The notes under the pieces are model-generated. The model had not been told where the DNA came from. It was given only the letters and a program-made list of their open reading frames with translations, and ran no database searches. Below, piece by piece: positions 60,176 to 64,000 of a DNA stretch of 64,000 nt. A program made the position numbers and the translations under genes. Source of the stretch: an uncultured virus (IMG/VR IMGVR_UViG_3300020231_000201) (taxonomy: Duplodnaviria > Heunggongvirae > Uroviricota > Caudoviricetes); IMG/VR virus record IMGVR_UViG_3300020231_000201. The stretch is one strand, 5' to 3'. The first letter of the stretch is position 1. The number at the start of each line of letters is the position of its first letter.

Positions 60176-60387
60176 TGGCTAAAGAAGCTGTGTTTCTAGG
60201 ATTAGTAATTAAAGATCCAGTTTGGTATTTGATTGTATATCCATTAATTTTTGCATTGACTTTCGGTGGATTGTTAGCAGGAATTGAAGAATCATTCATT
60301 GATATTTCAGAAACTCTTGCAGCAACGTTCTCAATAGTTTTTGCAGGATTTATAACTTTAATTCTAAGATCGGAGGCTAAGAAATAA
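60175..60387 (+). CDS. Two-TM membrane protein
   Basis: TAATG-coupled start (track start 60112). Confidence 0.7.
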   Translation: MAKEAVFLGLVIKDPVWYLIVYPLIFALTFGGLLAGIEESFIDISETLAATFSIVFAGFITLILRSEAKK

Positions 60388-60701
60388 TGGTAGACAAAAA
60401 CACCAATCGAATTTTATTAATTGCTGGTTTAGTGCTTTTGTTTATCGGATGGCTTAGTGTCTTTACTGGATTTGCAGGATTCATTCTTGCAGAAGATTTT
60501 GAATTCTTCATAGAAATTGAAGATATGCTTTTGATTAAACAGGTAATTACAGAAGAATCAATTCAATTCCAAATGGGAATTAGAATAATCTTTGGGTTCT
60601 TGTTCATATTTCTTGGAAACCAGTTCCTACTCTCAAGTAATTTGGTTAGAGAACGGTTTTGTAGACCATGTATAGATGATGTGAGGAATTTAAAAAAATG
60701 A
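60387..60701 (+). CDS. Two-TM membrane protein
   Basis: Hydrophobicity pattern. Confidence 0.7.
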   Translation: MVDKNTNRILLIAGLVLLFIGWLSVFTGFAGFILAEDFEFFIEIEDMLLIKQVITEESIQFQMGIRIIFGFLFIFLGNQFLLSSNLVRERFCRPCIDDVRNLKK

Positions 60702-60768
60702 CTTGTAATTGCTACAAAGATCTAAATCCAGATGAGCCTCCACACGATCCTAAAATATGCGAGTGTGA

Positions 60769-61056
60769 TTGCCATTGACAAGATTAGGTGGCTTTGGATT
60801 TTTAGATAAACGACATTGTGAAAAGACTTCTTTTATAACTTTTGGTGCATTTGTTGTAGTAATTGTTTTATCAATCATGTTTGTTCAGGCAAACATTCCT
60901 GAAACAGATGTTTTTGGTTTGTTTGATGAACCGATTTCCTATTTAGCAATTGCAGTAGCTTTCACTGTTGGAGGTTATCTAGGAGTTTTGTACTACAGAT
61001 ATGCCAATAAAAAAAGACCACTGTTTATATTAAAATTCTGGAGTGCAGAAGCATAA
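60769..61056 (+). CDS. Two-TM membrane protein
   Basis: Hydrophobicity pattern. Confidence 0.7.
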   Translation: MPLTRLGGFGFLDKRHCEKTSFITFGAFVVVIVLSIMFVQANIPETDVFGLFDEPISYLAIAVAFTVGGYLGVLYYRYANKKRPLFILKFWSAEA

Positions 61057-61334
61057 TGACTTCCACGTTCCCAAAAATAGCATCAGTATCGTTTTTCATA
61101 GGAATATTATTTTTTGCTGGTGGAATATTTTTCCCGAACACATTTGACATTACAATACCTGAAAGAGAACCAAAAGCTTGTATTGCAATATTTCCAATTC
61201 CCCAAGAGTGCTTACCAAATGTAATTGATGGTTGGTTTGCAGTTGGAGTTACCTTCTTTTTGATCGGTGGGTTTTACTTTGTAAAGTCAAACAATGTAAC
61301 CCTAAAGGATTTCAAGAAGATATGGAAACGTTAG
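61056..61334 (+). CDS. Two-TM membrane protein with CIAIFPIPQEC loop
   Basis: Hydrophobicity pattern; Cys-flanked loop. Confidence 0.7.
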   Translation: MTSTFPKIASVSFFIGILFFAGGIFFPNTFDITIPEREPKACIAIFPIPQECLPNVIDGWFAVGVTFFLIGGFYFVKSNNVTLKDFKKIWKR

Positions 61335-61588
61335 AATTTAAAATTGTAAAGACGATCTTTGCAGTTGCATTTATGAGCATGATGTATCTAGTGATGGTAT
61401 TTGGGTTTCAGATTATTGACGGTGAAAAACCTGACACATTAATGAGAATGATATTTGGAATTGTATCATTTGTAATGATGTGGATGGCTTATTCCAAAAT
61501 TGAAAGATTTGCTAAAGAAATTTTAGGTCAAAGTAAAAAGAATCTCGAAAAAGGTGGGGGATTGGAAGATAATTCACTACAAGATTAA
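61322..61588 (+). CDS. Two-TM membrane protein
   Basis: METLEFK start (track start 61232). Confidence 0.65.
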   Translation: METLEFKIVKTIFAVAFMSMMYLVMVFGFQIIDGEKPDTLMRMIFGIVSFVMMWMAYSKIERFAKEILGQSKKNLEKGGGLEDNSLQD

Positions 61589-61651
61589 CCTCTATCCGAA
61601 TTTTATTTTACCTTGATGTTAATTACCATCTTTTTTCATTGATCAACCATA

Positions 61652-61885
61652 ATGAGCAGCAAAACTTGTCTTGGTTCATGTCAAAATTATAGAGCTTTAA
61701 AGCCTGCTGATAATCAAAGCAGATACGAATTAGGTCAAAGGAGATGTACGAAGTGTGGAATTTTTATGACATGGGCAGGAAATTGGTGTCCTTGTTGTGG
61801 TTTTAGATTAAGAACCAAGTCACATTCAAGTAAAAGTAAAAGGGAAGGGAGTGCTATTTTAGATCATAAGAGAAATGCCTACTAG
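61652..61885 (+). CDS. Cys-rich zinc-binding protein of a type common in Nitrososphaeria
   Basis: CLGSC..YRA.KP...RYELGQRRCTKCGIFMTWAGNWCPCCGFRLRTK. Confidence 0.75.
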   Translation: MSSKTCLGSCQNYRALKPADNQSRYELGQRRCTKCGIFMTWAGNWCPCCGFRLRTKSHSSKSKREGSAILDHKRNAY

Positions 61886-62375
61886 ATCAATTACAGCAGC
61901 AGAATTTGGAGCTAGAAATCCACAAGCCAAAGGCGTATTCAGAACTACAAAGAAAGGCCAAAAAATCTTTATCGCTTTTGAAAAGAAACACAAATTCCCA
62001 CAAGGTAATGGAATAAGAATTTTGTTTGGTAGAAAGAAAGGTTCTGATATAACTGGGGAATTAATTTCAATTAAACGAGCTCAAGAAAGAGCAGAAAGAA
62101 AGGAAGGAATAAAACGTGGTGTTGGATTATTTGATAATCCTTTGGCTTCAAATCCAAAAGTTGTAGGCGTTAGAAGGATTGTAAGAAAAACACAACTTGA
62201 AACACAAATTAAAAAATTCCAACAAGGTAAAATTAGAAAACTTAGTAAGAGTGCATTACTAAAAGTACAAAGAAGAGGAGGGGGAAAAATAACTGGAGTA
62301 ATAGTTCAAAATCAGAATCAGAAACTTTTAGGATCGGGTATGATTCTTACAGGAAAAATTATCAAAAAGATATAA
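61875..62375 (+). CDS. Highly basic protein with leader motif B (FRTTKKGQKIFI)
   Basis: K/R/G-rich, 166 aa. Confidence 0.75.
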   Translation: MPTRSITAAEFGARNPQAKGVFRTTKKGQKIFIAFEKKHKFPQGNGIRILFGRKKGSDITGELISIKRAQERAERKEGIKRGVGLFDNPLASNPKVVGVRRIVRKTQLETQIKKFQQGKIRKLSKSALLKVQRRGGGKITGVIVQNQNQKLLGSGMILTGKIIKKI

Positions 62376-62608
62376 TGAAACCCATACTGATCTATTTCAA
62401 AAAATCAGGTGTTGTTGTCGAAAAATGGATAATTGGTGGAGGAACAAAAGTAGGGTTCGCAGTACTACAAAAAACAAAACAGCCTGAAAATATTAATTGT
62501 GAAGCACATGAAAATATGTTGGATATTGAATTTACCAATGAAGGAATCTTTTGTAAAACTTGTGGAGTAAAACTAAAATTAATTCCTCAATGGATTGTTG
62601 GTAGTTGA
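62375..62608 (+). CDS. Small zinc-ribbon protein
   Basis: CEAH...CKTCG. Confidence 0.6.
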   Translation: MKPILIYFKKSGVVVEKWIIGGGTKVGFAVLQKTKQPENINCEAHENMLDIEFTNEGIFCKTCGVKLKLIPQWIVGS

Positions 62609-63314
62609 GTTATTGTCATTCTCCACATTGGGAGGATGCTGATTTTGGAGAAGAACACAAACGAGTTAGAAGAAAAAATCAATGTCTTTGTGAAGACTGT
62701 CAATATTTTTATCAAACAGGAAAGTATAAGTAATAAATTCTTATAAATTCTTTTAAAGAACCACTATAATATTTCTTATTGACAAAATGTGATAACTGCA
62801 AAGAGAGTTTTCATTCAAGATGCACAGGAGGAAATTGTGATTGCAAACATCAGGCTATCGGAGCTGGTGATTCTCCAAACAATTTAATGACAACTTGACT
62901 GAAAAAAAAGAAGAATTTACTTTTGAGTTTGAAGATATCCCAAAAGAGAAATATAACGAATTAGAATCTTTACTGATTAAATATATGGACACAAAAATAA
63001 CAAGAGAAGAATATTTGGATAAAGTAGAGGAACTACTAAATGATTGATGATCCTTATCTTCTTGAAAGGATTGATGATTTCAAAAAGTTAGTTCGCATTT
63101 ATTTTGAAAAGAACTTCGATCAGGAGTTTGCAGAGGAATCCGTGTTCATTTTGAATACAATAGAAACGTAATTTTTAAAACCAACCGGTAATAGGAATAA
63201 CTGGTGGATGGGAGATCATTATTTGGCTAAGATTACCTCCTGTATTTTTTGCCAGGTGATGTGAACCCATTCATCATCGTCTACCAAAGCGACCTAAAGC
63301 TTTTGTTATTGTAT

Positions 63315-63537
63315 TTGAATCGTAAAAATAAGAGTGTAGTCGAATAGGTTGGCGTAGATAAAGGCACTATTCATTCGGAGGCTACACTCTTTTTTCTTTG
63401 ACCTCCAATGTACGCTAATAGCATGGAAAGTATCAATTGAATAATGTAGGTAGCTGGGCATTTACTCTTATAGATCCCTACCCCCTGAACGGTAATTTTA
63501 TAACTTCATGGTCCTGACTATCGGGTAGGTCGATTCA
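63315..63537 (+). ncRNA. Candidate structured non-coding RNA (about 220 nt)
   Basis: UUGAAUCG/CGAUUCAA closing stem; 12-bp stem 63330-63341/63380-63391 with G.U; further nested stems. Confidence 0.4.
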
Positions 63538-63540
63538 AGA

Positions 63541-63855
63541 GTGGGAAATGATGCTTCTATGATTGACGATAGAAAATATCCTATCGTTATGTTTGGAAAC
63601 GAGATGTTTATGGAATTAGAGAAACATGACGATGAAAAAGGTCTAAAATTCTATAATATGTCAGTGGAGAAATTATTCAAATTACTTTACGAACAAAGCA
63701 ATAACAGATTAACAAACATTGAAAAAACAATCTTCAGGGAAGATATGCCATTAAAAGACATTGAAAAGAACTGTGTGCATATGGCAAATTACTTTTACTT
63801 CCTTTGGACCGCAGCAAAAAAAATGAGGTATGAGATGAAGGAAAAAAACAAATGA
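63541..63855 (+). CDS. Hypothetical helical protein (weakly MazG-like)
   Basis: CVHMANYFYFLW terminal helix. Confidence 0.5.
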   Translation: MGNDASMIDDRKYPIVMFGNEMFMELEKHDDEKGLKFYNMSVEKLFKLLYEQSNNRLTNIEKTIFREDMPLKDIEKNCVHMANYFYFLWTAAKKMRYEMKEKNK

Positions 63856-64000
63856 AGAATGAATTAAAATGTTCTCAATGTGGAAAAGATTTACCTGAAG
63901 GAAGATATGGTCATTGTTCAGAAGCTTGTAAGATAACGGAAGAAAACGAGGAAATAACATTAGCATTTTGTATTCCTAGACCTGCACAAAAAATTTCACA

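Larger units (their letters stand above)
1..64000. mobile_element. Segment of a large archaeal (probably Nitrososphaeria-infecting) virus or virus-like element
   Basis: No housekeeping operons. Many short overlapping co-oriented ORFs. Virus-typical genes (HNH, orphan MTases, gp88-like, amidoligase/GATase, DUF2958-like, packaging-type ATPase) plus archaeal PCNA. Termini not visible. Confidence 0.85.

Noticed and set aside
2133..60299. Numerous minus-strand ORFs nested in plus-strand genes (e.g. 2133, 2489, 7291, 16802, 18541, 23698, 24253, 39145, 47083, 56983, 59913)
   Set aside because: Antisense shadows rich in F/S/L/I, as expected opposite A-rich coding strands.
1..64000. Genome-wide stop-codon reassignment
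   Set aside because: Conserved genes (ligase, PCNA, MTases, Ku) are intact in the standard code, and TAA, TAG and TGA all end genes at coupled junctions.

Overview
AT-rich, densely packed, almost entirely + strand segment of a large archaeal virus or virus-like extrachromosomal element. The most likely host is Nitrososphaeria (Thaumarchaeota, Nitrosopumilus-like). This rests on an archaeal-type PCNA, a thaumarchaeal-type Cys-rich zinc protein, a Nitrosopumilus-style secreted protein, frequent TTG starts and oligo-T terminators. No rRNA, tRNA or housekeeping operons were seen. Layout: (i) 1-28 kb is a probable late/morphogenesis region with a 5'-truncated A32/FtsK-HerA-like ATPase, membrane proteins, HNH nucleases, a DNA methylase, a highly structured ~2.2 kb island that is non-coding apart from a gp88-like gene, and a tandem array of about 13 basic proteins sharing N-terminal leader motifs. 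(ii) 28-56 kb is a probable early/replication region with amidoligase plus class II GATase, Ku plus ATP-dependent ligase, C5 and N6 methylases, PCNA, a HerA-like ATPase, two ParB-like paralogs and dozens of small ORFs. (iii) 56-64 kb is a cluster of small membrane proteins. Best candidates for undescribed biology: the shared-leader basic protein family (possible virion-targeting signal), a 36-nt covarying RNA hairpin repeated between early genes, a two-copy covarying RNA motif flanking the gp88-like gene, and a virus-encoded Ku-ligase NHEJ pair. All family calls come from motif recognition by eye; no database searches were run.
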